From positions 28,198,276 through 28,262,275 of the forward strand of contig NC_052147.1 in assembly GCF_902713615.1 (NCBI RefSeq): a stretch of DNA of 64,000 nt, written 5' to 3'. Position numbers and translations under genes: made by a program. The notes under the pieces are model-generated. The model saw nothing but the letters and a program-made list of their open reading frames with translations, was not told the DNA's origin and did not search any database. Shown one piece after another: positions 11,370 through 23,699 of this stretch; within the stretch, counting starts at the first letter, position 1; each line of letters opens with the position of its first letter. Source of the stretch: Scyliorhinus canicula (Eukaryota).

Positions 11370-13650
11370 TCATTATTCTCAACAAATTCCCTTGAGGAAG
11401 AAAAATGGGAGAAATGGCATCAGTGGCTAATCAGAGAAGTTAAGGATAGTATCAGACCAAAGGAACAGGCTTACCATGTTGCAAAAAGTGTAGTTAGCCA
11501 AAGGATTTCAAAAATCAGAGGAGAAAACAATACAAGAATAAGCTAACAGGAAATGTAAAAACAGGTTGTAAAGGTTTGGACAAACATGAATAAGGGAGAA
11601 TTTAGCGGAGTAAGCACGGATCCCTTAGAAGCAGAGACGGGAGAAATAGTAATGGCAGATGAAGAAATGGAAGAGCCAAACAAATATTTTGTTTCTGTCT
11701 TCACCGTAGAAGACACAAAGAACATTTCAGAAGTTGTGGTGAACCAAGGGTCTAACCAGAATTAGAAACTTATAAAGTAATTAATATCAGTAAAGAACAA
11801 GTACTGGATAAATTAATGGGACAAAAAGCTGACAAATCCCCTGGGCCTGATGGCCTACATACTACAGTTCTAAAAGAAAGATTATGAATGCATTGATTTT
11901 AATTTTTCAGAATTCCCTAGATTCTAGAACATTCCCCATGAATTGGAAGGTAGCATGGAGAGGGGCAACATAGGCCAGTTACTCTAACATCAGTAAAAGG
12001 GAAAACACACAATCTAAAGAAATGGTAACAGATTAGGCAGCGCCAGCACAGCTTCATGAAAGGGAAATCCAGGTCAACAAATGTATTAACTTTTTCTTTT
12101 GAGGTGGTAGGGATGAAAGAAAAAAGGAAAGGAAAACTTGCATTTATACATCACTTTTCATGACCTCAGAATGCCTCAAAATACTTGACAGTCAATTAAT
12201 TACTTTTGTAGTGTAGTCAATTGTAATGTAGGAAATGTAGCAACTAATTTGCATTCATCAAGCTCATACAAATAGCAATGCAATAACAACCAGATAATCC
12301 ATGTTACTGATGTTGATTGGGGGGTGGGGGGGGGGTAAATATTGGCAAAGACATCAATACATCCTCCTGCTTTCCTTCAAAACAATGTCATGGGATCTTT
12401 GACATCCACCCGAGACAGCAGACAGGACATCTGTCTATGTCTCACCCGAAAGATGGCAGCACTCTCTCAAGAGTGTGCTGCACCAAAGTATCAGTCTAGA
12501 TTTTTATGTCCAAATCTCTGGAACGGAACTTGAACCCATAACCTTCTGACTCGAGAGGCAGGAATGGGACTAATTGAGCCACAGTTGAGGATGCAACACA
12601 CAGGGTAGACAAGGGGAATTCTTTGCATGTAGTATATTTGGGTTTTCAGTAGGCTTCAATTAGAGTGCCACACACAAGGTTGTTAAACAGGTTTTAGGTT
12701 CACTGTATTGAGATTATTAGTTTGGATTGAAGATTAACAGAGAGAAATGTCAGAATAAAATGGTTCATTTTCATGGATGCAATTAGTGGAGTGCTGTAGG
12801 TGCTGCTTGGCCCTCAGATGAGAGCAAGCATAATGCATCTAAATCTGCTGACACTACAAAGCTGGGAGGGGTGTGAACAGATGTAAAGAGGCTGCAAACC
12901 GATTACAATGATCTTGTGGTTGGGCAGGAAGATGGCAGATGGAGTATCATGTGGGTAAACATGAATTTATCCACTTTTAAAGTTAAAGCAGAATATTGTT
13001 TTTAATCTTGTAGACAAATCACAGAACGTTTACATACAAGTACACCTAATGATTAGGAAGCCAAATGGCATGTTGATCTTTATTGCAAGGGGGTTGGAGT
13101 AAGTGTAAGTAAATGTTACTGCAATTATATAGCACTTTTATGAGACCACACCTGGAATACGGTGTCCAGTTTTGGTCTCCTTAACCAAGGAAAGATATAC
13201 TTCTCTTGGGAATGGTGCAAAGTTGGTTCAACAGATTGTTTCCGGGGTGCCAGGACTGTACCATGAGCAGAATGATCTTATATTTTGTGAAGTTTAGAAT
13301 ATTGAGATATAATCTCATTGAAACATTTCTCACAAACTTCTTAGATGGTTGTTACTGAGAGTCTACATCTTGTTGGTATAGTCTGAAGATAAGGGGCTAG
13401 CAAATTAGGGCTTAAGAGGAGAAATTTCTTCACTCAAAAGGGATATGAATCTTTGGAATTCTCTACTCCAGAGGACTGTGGATGCCTTTTCAATTAATAT
13501 ATTCAAGTATGAGATCAATAGATTTTTGGACATTAAGGAAATAAAAGGATATGGGGAGAGAGTTGGAAAAGGGACTTGATGCAAACGTTAAGCCATGATC
13601 GTTTTGATGGCAGAACAGGCTGAAGAAGCTATATGGTCTACTCCTGCTCT
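11370..13650 (+). mobile_element. Old, heavily decayed CR1 LINE interrupted by a SINE
   Basis: Remnants KYFVSVFT, KSPGPDG and RPHLEY, plus a CR1-type 3' UTR. Confidence 0.7.
12125..12590 (-). mobile_element. Deu-domain SINE (SacSINE1/AmnSINE-like)
   Basis: Reverse complement of the 17355-17765 family; tail ataaatgcaag. Further decayed copies at about 20470-21160, 27560-28000, 33000-33690 and 48100-48750. Confidence 0.7.
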
Positions 13651-14562
13651 TATTGTATTCCAATTTTTCTCAGCTTGCAGGTTAGTAAACACCTTAAAAT
13701 ATCAGTTGAGGTCCGCTTTCTGACTTTAGTAACACAGCACTTAATGCAACTTGAAACAACTTTACAACTGATAAATGTAGAAGAACGGAAGCTAAGCTTT
13801 TTGAAAAAAAATTCTCCAGAACAAATTACAATACATGAGGGAAGGAGGAAAATAAACATCACACAAGAGCAAAATATTAATTGAAATTATAAATAGCCTG
13901 GAGAGCACCCACCTTGACTGATAAGAAAATTTGCAAAGGTGTGAGTAGAAGTAGTTTATACTCAACAGAGTCAGAGAAAACGATAAAAATATCTTAGGTG
14001 CCTATGCAAGACATTTTGAACCTTAACTGAAATTCCATAGAGAGATTTTTAAGTCACACTAAACATATGACTTTCTAGTATGCTTGGAGAAAAGTCGCCT
14101 TTCATGTTATAAATAGTTGCGGGTCCCCAGAGAAACAGATTGCTCACGTCCTTTCTAGGTTGTTGAAATAGCATTAACAAATAATGAATGTCACAAGTAC
14201 AAAGAACAGCAAATTTATCAAATATGCAAATAAGCCCAAGATGGGCTTGCTTCTTAGCACAACATTGTAAGCATACAAAAAAAGCATGCCAGATTTTATG
14301 ACTGCTATGTAATTTATAGCTTGGAGGAGCAAGAACCAAACAAAGGCAAAGTGTAAGAAAGCAAAGAACAAAGTATTTTTTTTAAATTTTATCCTGCCAA
14401 TAATGTTTATCTAATGAGAAAGTAAGTCAAGGAGACAGATTGGTAAAGACTTTAATCTTACTAGCAATGATAGATGCTCAACAAGTAAATAAGGTATTTG
14501 AATTTGAAGGACATGCAACAAAACAAATCAAAACTATATAAATAGTTAAAGAAAATCTAGAA

Positions 14563-14782
14563 GGGGCAGCACAGTGGTTAGCATTGCTGCCTCACGGTGC
14601 CACGGTCCCAGGTTCGATCCCGGCTCTGGGTCACTGTCTGTGTGGAGTTTGCACATTCTCCCCGTGTTTGCATGGGTTTCGCCCCCCCAACCCAAAGATG
14701 TGTAGGCTAGATGGATTGGCCATGCTAAATTGCCCCTTAACTGGAAAAAAATGAATTGGGTACTCTAAATTTATTTATTTTT
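14563..14782 (+). mobile_element. HE1-type SINE, short A/T-tailed form
   Basis: 17-bp TSD ttaaagaaaatctagaa (14546-14562 and 14783-14799). Confidence 0.88.
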
Positions 14783-15092
14783 TTAAAGAAAATCTAGAAT
14801 TATTACAGATGTGAAAGTTCAGATGAAACTTTCATAGTTAATATATTAATTACAATTGATAAAATAGCATATGGCACTGGGTTCAGATGTGCAACTTTCA
14901 TTATGCATTGCAGGAGAACATCTGAATATACAGGATTCATGCACTTTCTATTGAGGGGGAATAAAAGAGACACAGATGAGAAGCATTGCCATGAAGCTTC
15001 CAAAAGTCATGATTACAATATCAGAAACCCTGTGATAAAGACAAGAGTCAGAGTACCAAAAAGGAACTAAATATATATTTTAATATCTATGC

Positions 15093-16469
15093 TGTCAGGA
15101 TGGAAAAGCTGAGCAGTCATGGCCAGGCAGGCTACTGAAGTCAAAAACTCACGACTATTCTTAGAATTCCCCCTATACCAAAAAGGGCTGATATTCTAAA
15201 TGGTGAACAGGGATTCTCACTCCCTGACTCCGATGCAGGCTTTGGTGGGTGCTATTCAGGTCAAACTATATTTTCACGTTATCCCCCGGTATAACCCATA
15301 CCTTCACCGAAGAACTTTACCTACTTACCTCTTAGTAGCATTGATATCCTGGGTCCTGCATTGCTAAGTAAGTAAAGTAGGCTAATAACCACTGTTTCAG
15401 GTTAAAACTTTTAAGTTATTTTATTATTGTATATTTTTTTCTTTTAAAAAGATGCAATCACTGTCTTTACAGAAAAGTAAAAAGATCTTGCTTCTGGATC
15501 CTTCTGGTTGGTTGGAGGGACCTTCAGGCCCAACTTGACAATCAATCTTCTTTTTAAAATCTGGTCTTCTTTAGATGTATTCGTTGGTGAGCTCGGTTGC
15601 TATGTCTTATCTTTCCCATGTACCGAGCTGTGAGAGCTGGCTCTGCTGGCTGTCCCCTTTCTTTGGGTTTATATTCTCTTTCTAACAGTTATTAAGTTTT
15701 TATGACTTTATTGTAAGGTAATTATTATTTGACTTTGATTGTAAAAAGTATCTTTGATCTAAACATTCTAATACAACTAAGTATTCATTTTGACATGACC
15801 TCACCTCTCAGGTCTCTGATTACATTGTTTCCTTTGTGATGTTCAAAGTTCCTTTGTGATATTCAAAAATGCTTTGGTTTCAATAGAGGTGTGAATTTTG
15901 GTTTGGTTCCTGTCATTTCTATAGTTTTATGTTCCAATTGTGTCCCCAGCTCATAATTTTAACTTTGATTTTGGCTTTAAATTATGTTTCTCGTAGAATG
16001 ATGGTCTCCAGTTTCCTTTAATTTACCTGATATCGGCAGAGCTTCACACCTAGAATTGTCACCAAATTCAACTGAACCTCATCCTTTCCTTTCCAGCTAC
16101 TTGCTAAGATAGTTAATTTCAATGAAGGTGTGAAACATTGCTTTTAGCTGTATGCTAAAATCCACTTGGTTATAACTTGAAAGGTTTACATTTATCACTT
16201 AGCTCAACTGAAACTCTCATCCATGCTTTTCCAGATGCTTACTAAGATAGTTACTTTCAATGAAGGTGCGAGCCATTGTTTTTAGCTTCATACAAAAATC
16301 CTGGTTTGTTTGTTTGGGAGAAGGAATCTGCATTTTATAATCCTGCTCTTTGCAGCTGCTATTAACCCTTCGTGGGATCTTGCCCTGTATTCTCTCATGT
16401 TTCTCTCAGATCAGATATTGCTAGACTTCCATGTTTCAAATGACACATCTTTCCATATTTTCAATAACA
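15093..16469 (-). mobile_element. Putative solo LTR
   Basis: TGTCA...TAACA ends; on the minus strand TATAAA (15668-15673) precedes AATAAA (15420-15425); internal tandem duplications of about 137 bp and 20 bp. TSD not convincing. Confidence 0.45.
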
Positions 16470-16653
16470 CTACTCAAAAATAAAATGTACAAAAACAAAA
16501 CCATCACGCAAATACCTTTCAAAACTAAGTGACTTCAATACTGTTGGCAAATAGTTCAAGAATATTCATTTTCAAAACATGTTGCAAACACAATTTCAGA
16601 CATTACTGCACCTTTCTTCCAGAATGCTAGCAAATTGTGAATTCATAACCTAC

Positions 16654-16727
16654 CTGAGAAGGTAGACAGCTCTTTCAATATCATTGAGTTCTTCATCAAC
16701 TGTCAATCTTTCTATCTCTTCTGGCGT
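16654..16727 (-). CDS. PPP4R4: PPP4R4 coding exon 2 (74 nt)
   Basis: tttgtag|ACG...AG|gtaggt; TPEEIERLTVDEELNDIERAVYLL(S) continues exon 1 in frame and matches PPP4R4. Exon 3 was not found in 1-16653, so it is presumably outside the window. Confidence 0.94.
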
Positions 16728-17354
16728 CTACAAATGTAAATAAATAATAAAAATGGAGCACATAATAAAATGGCTAGATGGTTGTCATTGAATTACAAGA
16801 TAATTTCAATCAAGGGAGAGTAAATCAAGGGGGTGTCAGATGATATCACAAACTGAAATTGAAAAGCTCGAGCATTTTATGATTGTCGAAATACAAGACT
16901 AGATCACTGTTTTCAACTTTATTGACAACTACCTAATATATATTTTTATATTATACATTTAGGGGACAATAATGATACATTAATATAGAAGAATACAATT
17001 AATCTGAACTGGTCAGGGGTGAGCACAGAGTAGCAATTTGTTTACACAAGAGATTCCTCACTCTAAAGTAGCGAGACGTCATTACGTTTTACAGGAGAGA
17101 AAATCATCATTTAAATACAGAATCACTATTAAAAAAAAACACACAACAGACTAGAAGTCGAGGGAAAAGCATAGGGGAACACCAGTTGATATCAATGAAC
17201 TCAGCTTTTCTAGTGGCCTGATGGATCAAATGGCAACTTCACCTTCCTGAATCAATCCCAACTGTGATTTTAAACTTGACGTTCCATTTCTCTGCAGCCT
17301 GGTCATACTTCCAGAGCTAAATAAGCAGGTTCTGATCCCAAGTGAGCATTTATT

Positions 17355-17765
17355 TGGTTCAGTTGGTAACATTCTCGTCTGAGACAGATGGTTCCAGTTT
17401 CACGTTCCACTCCAGGGTTTGGGCACACATACAAAAAAAATCATGGCTGACACTCCAATGCAATACTGAGGGATTGCAGCGTCAGAGGTGCTGTCTTTTG
17501 GATCAGACATTAAACGGAGCCCCCTGCTGACTGTTTGGGTGGATGTAAAAGATCCTACAGTACTATACCAAAGGGGAGCAGGGGGAGTAATCCCTGGTGT
17601 CCTGGCCAATATTTATTCCTCAATGAAGATCACAAGAACGTATTATTTGCTGTTTGTGGGAGATTGTGGTGCGCAAATTGGCTACCGGATTTTCTTCATA
17701 CAACAGTAACTTCAGAAGTACTTGATAGGTCTTGAAAATCACTATATAAATGCAAGTCTTTCTCT
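17355..17765 (+). mobile_element. Deu-domain SINE (SacSINE1-like)
   Basis: gtggatgtaaaagatcc...gtgtcctggccaatattta...ttgctgtttgtgggag...gcgcaaattggct...ctatataaatgcaagtcttt. Confidence 0.75.
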
Positions 17766-18926
17766 CTTTATCATTACTAAAAACATTTTACAAATGACAG
17801 TTCCAAAATGTTGGCGAATGCATTTGACAGGCTAGAAAAAATAAACTACTCAACTGACAAGAGTGTGCCAAAAACAAATAGCTATATAAAATACTCTTTG
17901 TGCCACTAAGTGCTAAATTTTAGCTTTAACTTCTGTTCCAGATTACTAATCTATGCAGGTTAACAACAATCAGGTTACATACAAAGAACAGAAAATGCTG
18001 GAGATGTTAAGCAGGTCTGGCAGCTTCTGTGGAGAAACAGTTAACATTTCAGGTTCAAAAACAGAAAATACTGGACAATCTCAGCAGGTCTGACAGTATC
18101 TGTGGAGAGGGAAGAGTGCTAATGTTTTGTGTCTGGATGACTCTTTGTCAAAGCAGTTTTCAGGTTGATGGTCTTCGGTCAAAACAAATGCAGCCTGACC
18201 TGCTGAGCATGTCCAACCATTTTCTGTTTTTTTTATTTCTCAATTTCCCCATCTGAAGTATTTGACTATGTATTCAGGTTAGATGCATTCTGTTGCACAT
18301 AGCAGTGAGAACATCTAGTTTATATCACATCAGAAATGTCTTCATTAAATTAGTACATCAGAATGTATTAAACAGTGAATCATTCACACTTCAGGATGAA
18401 AATAGAACCATATTAATATTTGGTCAGAAACATAACCTGATCTGCCCGGTATCAATTCATGTTTGCTTCAATTCACACATAAATAGCGTGAATAAAATAT
18501 CAAATTATGGATGCAGTTCTTAATAAATAAGCCCAATGCAGGTGGCTGTGACACTCGTGTTAATGGTTAGCAGGTAAAAACGTTCCCGTTAAAATGAGTC
18601 ACAATTTGAGATTTGGTACAGCAAATTTGCTGTTTCATATGGTGCTAACTTACGTAATTCCGCTCCTCTCGCCTGCGGCTGGCTGTAATTAGTATTATCA
18701 TCAGTGGGCCTATATAATAAACCGGACGCTGCCTGGGTGCCCTGAGCAGGCGACCGATTCTGGCTTGAAGTACATTTTGAGTGCAGTGAGTCAGGAGTAA
18801 GTGGGTGCACTGTAACCGCGGAGAATTGTGCATAACCTTGATAAGTCCTACGGGGGGGGGGGACATCAATAAAGGTATTTGTACAATGTTGATCAGGAAC
18901 CCCACCACCCACCCCCTCATACACAC

Positions 18927-19016
18927 CTTCAGGTATCTGCGTACTGGTCTTTCAATGAAACTAAGTTCCTGCAAATCTTCTATTTGCCCGAACAAATTCT
19001 CTTGATTGAAATCCAT
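18927..19016 (-). CDS. PPP4R4: PPP4R4 (protein phosphatase 4 regulatory subunit 4) coding exon 1
   Basis: Translates MDFNQENLFGQIEDLQELSFIERPVRRYLK, matching the vertebrate PPP4R4 N-terminus (MDFSQNSLFGYMEDLQELTIIERPVRRSLK). ATG at 19016 in gtgATGG context, in-frame TAA shortly upstream, donor AAG|GTGTGT, phase 0. Confidence 0.93.
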
Positions 19017-19079
19017 CACCCTTGCTTTTGTTTTTTTTTAAGGATGATAAGAGAAGAGATAACGGAGAGAGGGAGGGGG

Positions 19080-19800
19080 GGTGAATAGAGCTGGTGGGAG
19101 TCGGGGAAGAGGAGAGGGGGGAAGTCAGCGACTCTCCGACAATCCCAGCACCATGTCCAGGTGGCCGCCGCCGCCGCCGCCGCCGCGTCTCTTCTGTGGC
19201 AAGGGGAGGCGGTTGGAAGATGCGCCGCCGATTTTCGCCTCTTTGCCCCCCGCCCCCCCGGCCGGTGATGGGGTGCTGGCGGGCGTCGGAGGCGCACCCG
19301 GGGCTTCGCCTCTTCCGATCTCCTCCTCTCCTCCCCTCCTGCCGCCCACTCACAGGTTTTCCTCACTCCTCCTCCCGTTAATCCACCTGCCGGCCTGCCC
19401 CTCCTGCTATGGGGGTTTTGTTTGTGGGGAGGGGGGAGGGGGGGGGGGGGTTATTGCCTCCGATTCGGAAGGGCGGGTGGCGGATGATGATGACGACTCC
19501 CTCCCGAGCAGGACGAACGGCGATTCCCCCGTCTTTGTGTTGTCGTTCTTCCCCGCACTGACTGAACTCGAAGCCGCCGTGTGAGTGCGAGCGGCTACCG
19601 GGCGTGAAGCGAGGAGTGGGAGAGGGGAGGAGGAGGGGGCGGGGCCACCGCGCGGGGACCTCCGTCTCCCGGCAGCCGCCGTCTCCAAGGAAACCACGCG
19701 CTACGGCGAGCGCCGGATAGCAAAACGTTCCGGGCGGACCGCGTTCGAACGTTTGTCAATCAGCTCCTCTCTCAGCAGCAACCAGCTTCCCCCACCCACA
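19080..19800 (-). promoter_or_regulatory. CpG island: promoter and 5' UTR of PPP4R4
   Basis: Very GC- and CpG-rich in a CpG-depleted background; GC boxes; (GCC)7 at 19164-19184; directly upstream of the PPP4R4 ATG. Confidence 0.8.
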
Positions 19801-20101
19801 CACACAGTCAGCATCTTTCCAGGGAGCTCCCTCTTAATATTTTTTCTCCCCCCCCCACCCAAAAAAAACTTCCTCTCGCTTAATCCTCTCCGATTTGATT
19901 TTGATTTGTTTCTGTTTTTTTTAAAACCCTCCCTTTGAAAGGACAATTTAATGCGTCAGTGCGGTGTGTGGGATTTGATCTTACAGAGGAGGCGAGGAGA
20001 GGAGTGCAGTTCAGCGATGACGATTGACTCTGGACGGTGATCTCACAGCATTAGTAATCAACGCAGCCTCCTGGAAGCAGGGATCCCACACTAAATCATT
20101 A

Positions 20102-20322
20102 TTTTTTTAATTTAGAGTACCCAATTTTTCTTTTCCAATTAAGGGGCAATTTAGCGTGGCCAATCCACCTACCCTGCACATCTTTGGGTTGTGGGGGTGA
20201 GACTCACGCAGACATGGGGAGAATGTGCAAACTCCACATGGACAATGGTCCAGGGCCGGGATCGAACCTGGGTCTTCGGCGCCATGAGGCAGCAATGCTA
20301 ACCACTATGCTGCTGTGCCGCC
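20102..20322 (-). mobile_element. HE1-type SINE (short form)
   Basis: Same family as 4888-5111. Confidence 0.85.
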
Positions 20323-20745
20323 TATAAACCTATAATGCTGGAGGAAATTCAGTGCTGGCAGACAAAATTGGCTATTCTCTGAGATTTGCGTTAGTCCAAA
20401 AAAAACTCCTCTCTTCCCCCACCCCCATCATTTTGATGAGATAACATATTCCAGTCCTTGTGAGTGTCACTCCGTGACTCTCGATGGTAATACTGAATCA
20501 GAAGGTTGTAGTTTCAAGACTTTGACCATAAAATCTCGACTCAGGCTCCAGTTCAGGACTGAGGGAGTGCTGCACTGCAGGAGGTGCCCTCTTTCAAATT
20601 GAACCAAAGGAACCAATGTCCTCCAAAGATGGATTGTAATAGGGAAATGGAGCTGGGATGTTTCCCCTGGCATCCTGAACAATGATGATCCCTCAACCAT
20701 TATCACCAAACCAGATTGTCTGATCACTGTCACTGGGTTGTTTAT

Positions 20746-21067
20746 TACATAGAACATACAGTGCAGAGGGAAGCCATTCGGCCCATCGAGTCTGCAGCAG
20801 CCCATTTAAGCCCTCACTTCCACCCTTCCCCGGAATCCAATAACCCCTCCTCACCTTTTTGGTCACTAACGGCAATTTATCATGGCCAATCCACCTAACC
20901 TGAACATTTTTGGATTGTGGGAGGAAACCGAAGCACCCAGAGGAAACCCACACAGACACGGAGAGAACATGCAGACTCCGCACAGGCAGTGACCCAGCGG
21001 GGAATTGAACTTGGTACCCTGGGACTGTGAAACCACAGTGCTATCCACTTGTGCTATCGTGCTGCCC
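20746..21067 (-). mobile_element. HE1-type SINE with CR1-like tail, nested in a Deu SINE
   Basis: tRNA head plus gcagactcgatgggccgaatgg...ttctatg tail; the host SINE resumes on both sides. Confidence 0.8.
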
Positions 21068-21269
21068 AGGACATTGTATGCAAATTCCCTCCGTTACAAA
21101 ATTGTCTACATTTCAAAGTACTTAATTGGTTGTAAGGTGCTTTGGAGTGGCTTGAGGTCAAGGCTTCTTTCATTCCTCGCCTGGGATTTTCACACAGAAT
21201 GTTGACATGCTGATTAATTATGAAAAGGATAAATCACAGTTCAGTTCCTCCTGTTGTCATTGTAAAATA

Positions 21270-21975
21270 AAAATAAAATGCTGCAGAAGCTAGAAATCTG
21301 AAATAAAAATAGAAAATCCCAGACGTATTCAGCAGGCCAGCAGCCTGTGAGGAGAAAAAACAATAAGAAGTCTTACAACACCAGGTTAAAGTCCAACAGG
21401 TTAAGCAGCATGTGGGGCAGTGGTTAGCACTGGGACTACCGCGCTGAGGACCCGGGTTCAAATCCCAGCCCTGGGTCACTGTCCATGTGGAGTTTGCACA
21501 TTCTCCCCATATCTGCTTGGGTTTCACCCCCACAAAGAACAAAGCAAAGTACAGCACAGGAACAGGCTCTTCAGCCCTCCAAGCCTGCGCGGCCATGCTG
21601 CCCGTTGAAAATAAAATCTTCTACACTTCCGGGATCCGTACCCCTCTATTCCCATCCTATTCATGTATTTGTCAAGATGCCCCTTAAACGTCACAATCGT
21701 CTCTGCTTCCACCATCTCCTCCGGCAGCGAGTTTCAGGTACCCACTTCCCTCTATGTAAAAAACTTGCCTCGTACATCTCCTCTAAACCTTGCCCCTCTA
21801 AACCCAAAGATGTGCAGCTTAGGTGGATTGGCCATGCTAAATTGCCCCCTTAATTGGAAAAAAATTGGGTACTCTAAATTTATAAGAAAAAAGTCCAACA
21901 GGTTTGTTTGGAATCACTAGCTTTCAGAGCGCAGTTCCTTCATCAGGTGAGTGAAAAAAAAGAAAGTTGACAATG
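21270..21975. mobile_element. Nested repeat cluster (PLE-like family 2 > PLE-like family 1 > HE1 SINE > CR1 3' end)
   Basis: TSD aaagtccaacaggtt (21388-21402 and 21890-21904); antisense CR1 fragment at about 21533-21800; HHR motif at 21914-21950. Confidence 0.7.
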
Positions 21976-23242
21976 CCCAACTAATCCTGGAACCGTACAA
22001 AATTGCTTGGCTGAATGCTGCCAATGTAGTAATCTGGTCTGACCAGAAATGACAGATGGGGGCAAAACCAGACAACATGCACAGTGTTGTGATGTTGCTT
22101 TAAGAGAGAACATGCTTATGAATAAGTAGCCAGGATGTAAACCATTGATACCAGCGACATTGTTCAGAAAAGCTTTCAGTTTAGCTCGCAGCACATGGTG
22201 TGAAGGAGTTGCAGCTGTACTTTCCTGTTCACAATAGCTGTTGAACCTTCATAGTAAATCTGTCTGCTAAACAGTCCTGAATTACACTGTCAAATAAACT
22301 GAATCTATTCCTAAACTGAATCTATAGTTTACCAGTCCTGTGTTAGTTAGTTTTTATTAAGCAAATTAATACACCAATGATAAAAGTTTATACCATTTCC
22401 AAGGAAATCTACCATGGCAAAATTGAACTGTTGTCCCGATAGGTTTATATATAATCTATCTGAATAAAGGTAAAGTTTAAAATGAAGGCTTCTTTTTCAC
22501 TCAGTGCAAAGGGGTGGTTTGGAGAAATTAGATCTGTAAAAAACAGGCAAGGCTGCAAAGGTCACAAATTACAACGTAAAGGATTATTTTTCACAGAACA
22601 CCATGATTAAAGTATTAATATATACAGTTACAATAGACTAATGTTATTAATACAGTTGATTGAAATGTAAGAAAGCTAATATCGGTTTCGTAGCTTTCTT
22701 CAAAGGCGATATCTGAAAGAATAAATGCCTGCACCTGGCTGCAAAATGTTAGTCGAGGTTTGGAAGCATTGGAGTCTGTAAATGTAGCTCATGTTAGGCA
22801 AATCCCCTTGACGACTGTTAAAGAAGTTCTCTTGTACAATTACTGTGCTCCTAATGTTTTCCCCTACGTTTTATTTTGCATCTGAGTCATCTTTAATGGC
22901 AAGTAAACTTGGTTAGTAGTCCACAAATTGATCTAATATATTTTCCAGGCTCTAGCACAGGAATAGATGCTGATCCATTTGTGGCTTTGCCAGAATAAAA
23001 TTCGCTGCAAATGCGGATCAAAACATGCACAAGACTTTGGATCGCAAACTAACGACATTTATCAGAAATAGACCCCCAATGAAGCGAACTCAGTACTCAG
23101 TGTAGAGTTATACTGAAGTCGCTGAAATTGAATTCTTGATTTAAGTTGCAACCGGCTCCAAACAGTAGTCAAAAAAAAAGTGGGACTCCAATTTTTTTTG
23201 CCCCCCAGTCTGGACAAATCAACCTTCCTTCAGTGTGCCATT

Positions 23243-23350
23243 ATGTGGAGTTGGACTGGGGTGAGCACAGTAAGAAGTCTTACACCAGGTTAAAGTCCAA
23301 CATGTTTGTTTCAAACACTAGCTTTCGGAGGGCAGCTCTTTCCTCAGGTG
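23243..23350 (-). mobile_element. Penelope-like terminal fragment with degenerate hammerhead motif
   Basis: Homologous to 2246-2333; CAC-CTGAGGA-AAGAGC-tgc-CCTCC-GAAAGCTA-GTG with stem II mismatches. Confidence 0.6.
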
Positions 23351-23699
23351 TGCATTAGCAATGGTGCAGTGTGGCGATTTGTGACGGGTGGCTGAGAGCA
23401 GGAAAATCCTATCTAGAAGCCACCTGCCTACAGAACAGGACGAGGATGTGCCAAATAAAGCGTGTGCCGCGATAAAGTAGCCAGTGCAATGTGACAGGTA
23501 ACCCGACCCACCAAATAAGGTGTGAAATCAGAAACGTGTTGAGAGGAATCCCCCACCAGACCTTGGATAATATCATCCCCACCCCAAGTGCCTGTTTTCC
23601 CTGCTCGGTCAGGCCTTAATCCATAACCACTACTGACATTTGTACTTCAGCTTGTTTCCCTGACAGCGAGGGTAGCTGAAGTTAGGAATACCCCAAGAA

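Noticed and set aside
13650-13862. Minus-strand ORF containing VTKVR as possible PPP4R4 exon 3
   Set aside because: Lacks the expected AGQDVQG...NLP sequence and suitable splice sites.
19722-19755. Inverted repeat aaacgttc...gaacgttt in the PPP4R4 promoter
   Set aside because: An 8-bp stem is within chance expectation; no further support.
19081-19938. Long Pro/Gly/Arg-rich ORFs on both strands (for example 19081-19584 +, with accATG and poly-Pro)
   Set aside because: Expected by-product of a stop-poor CpG island; low complexity with no recognisable domain.
22185-22230. EGVAAV stretch as an IFI27/ISG12 remnant
   Set aside because: Too short, with no surrounding Gly/Ala-rich motif or exon structure.
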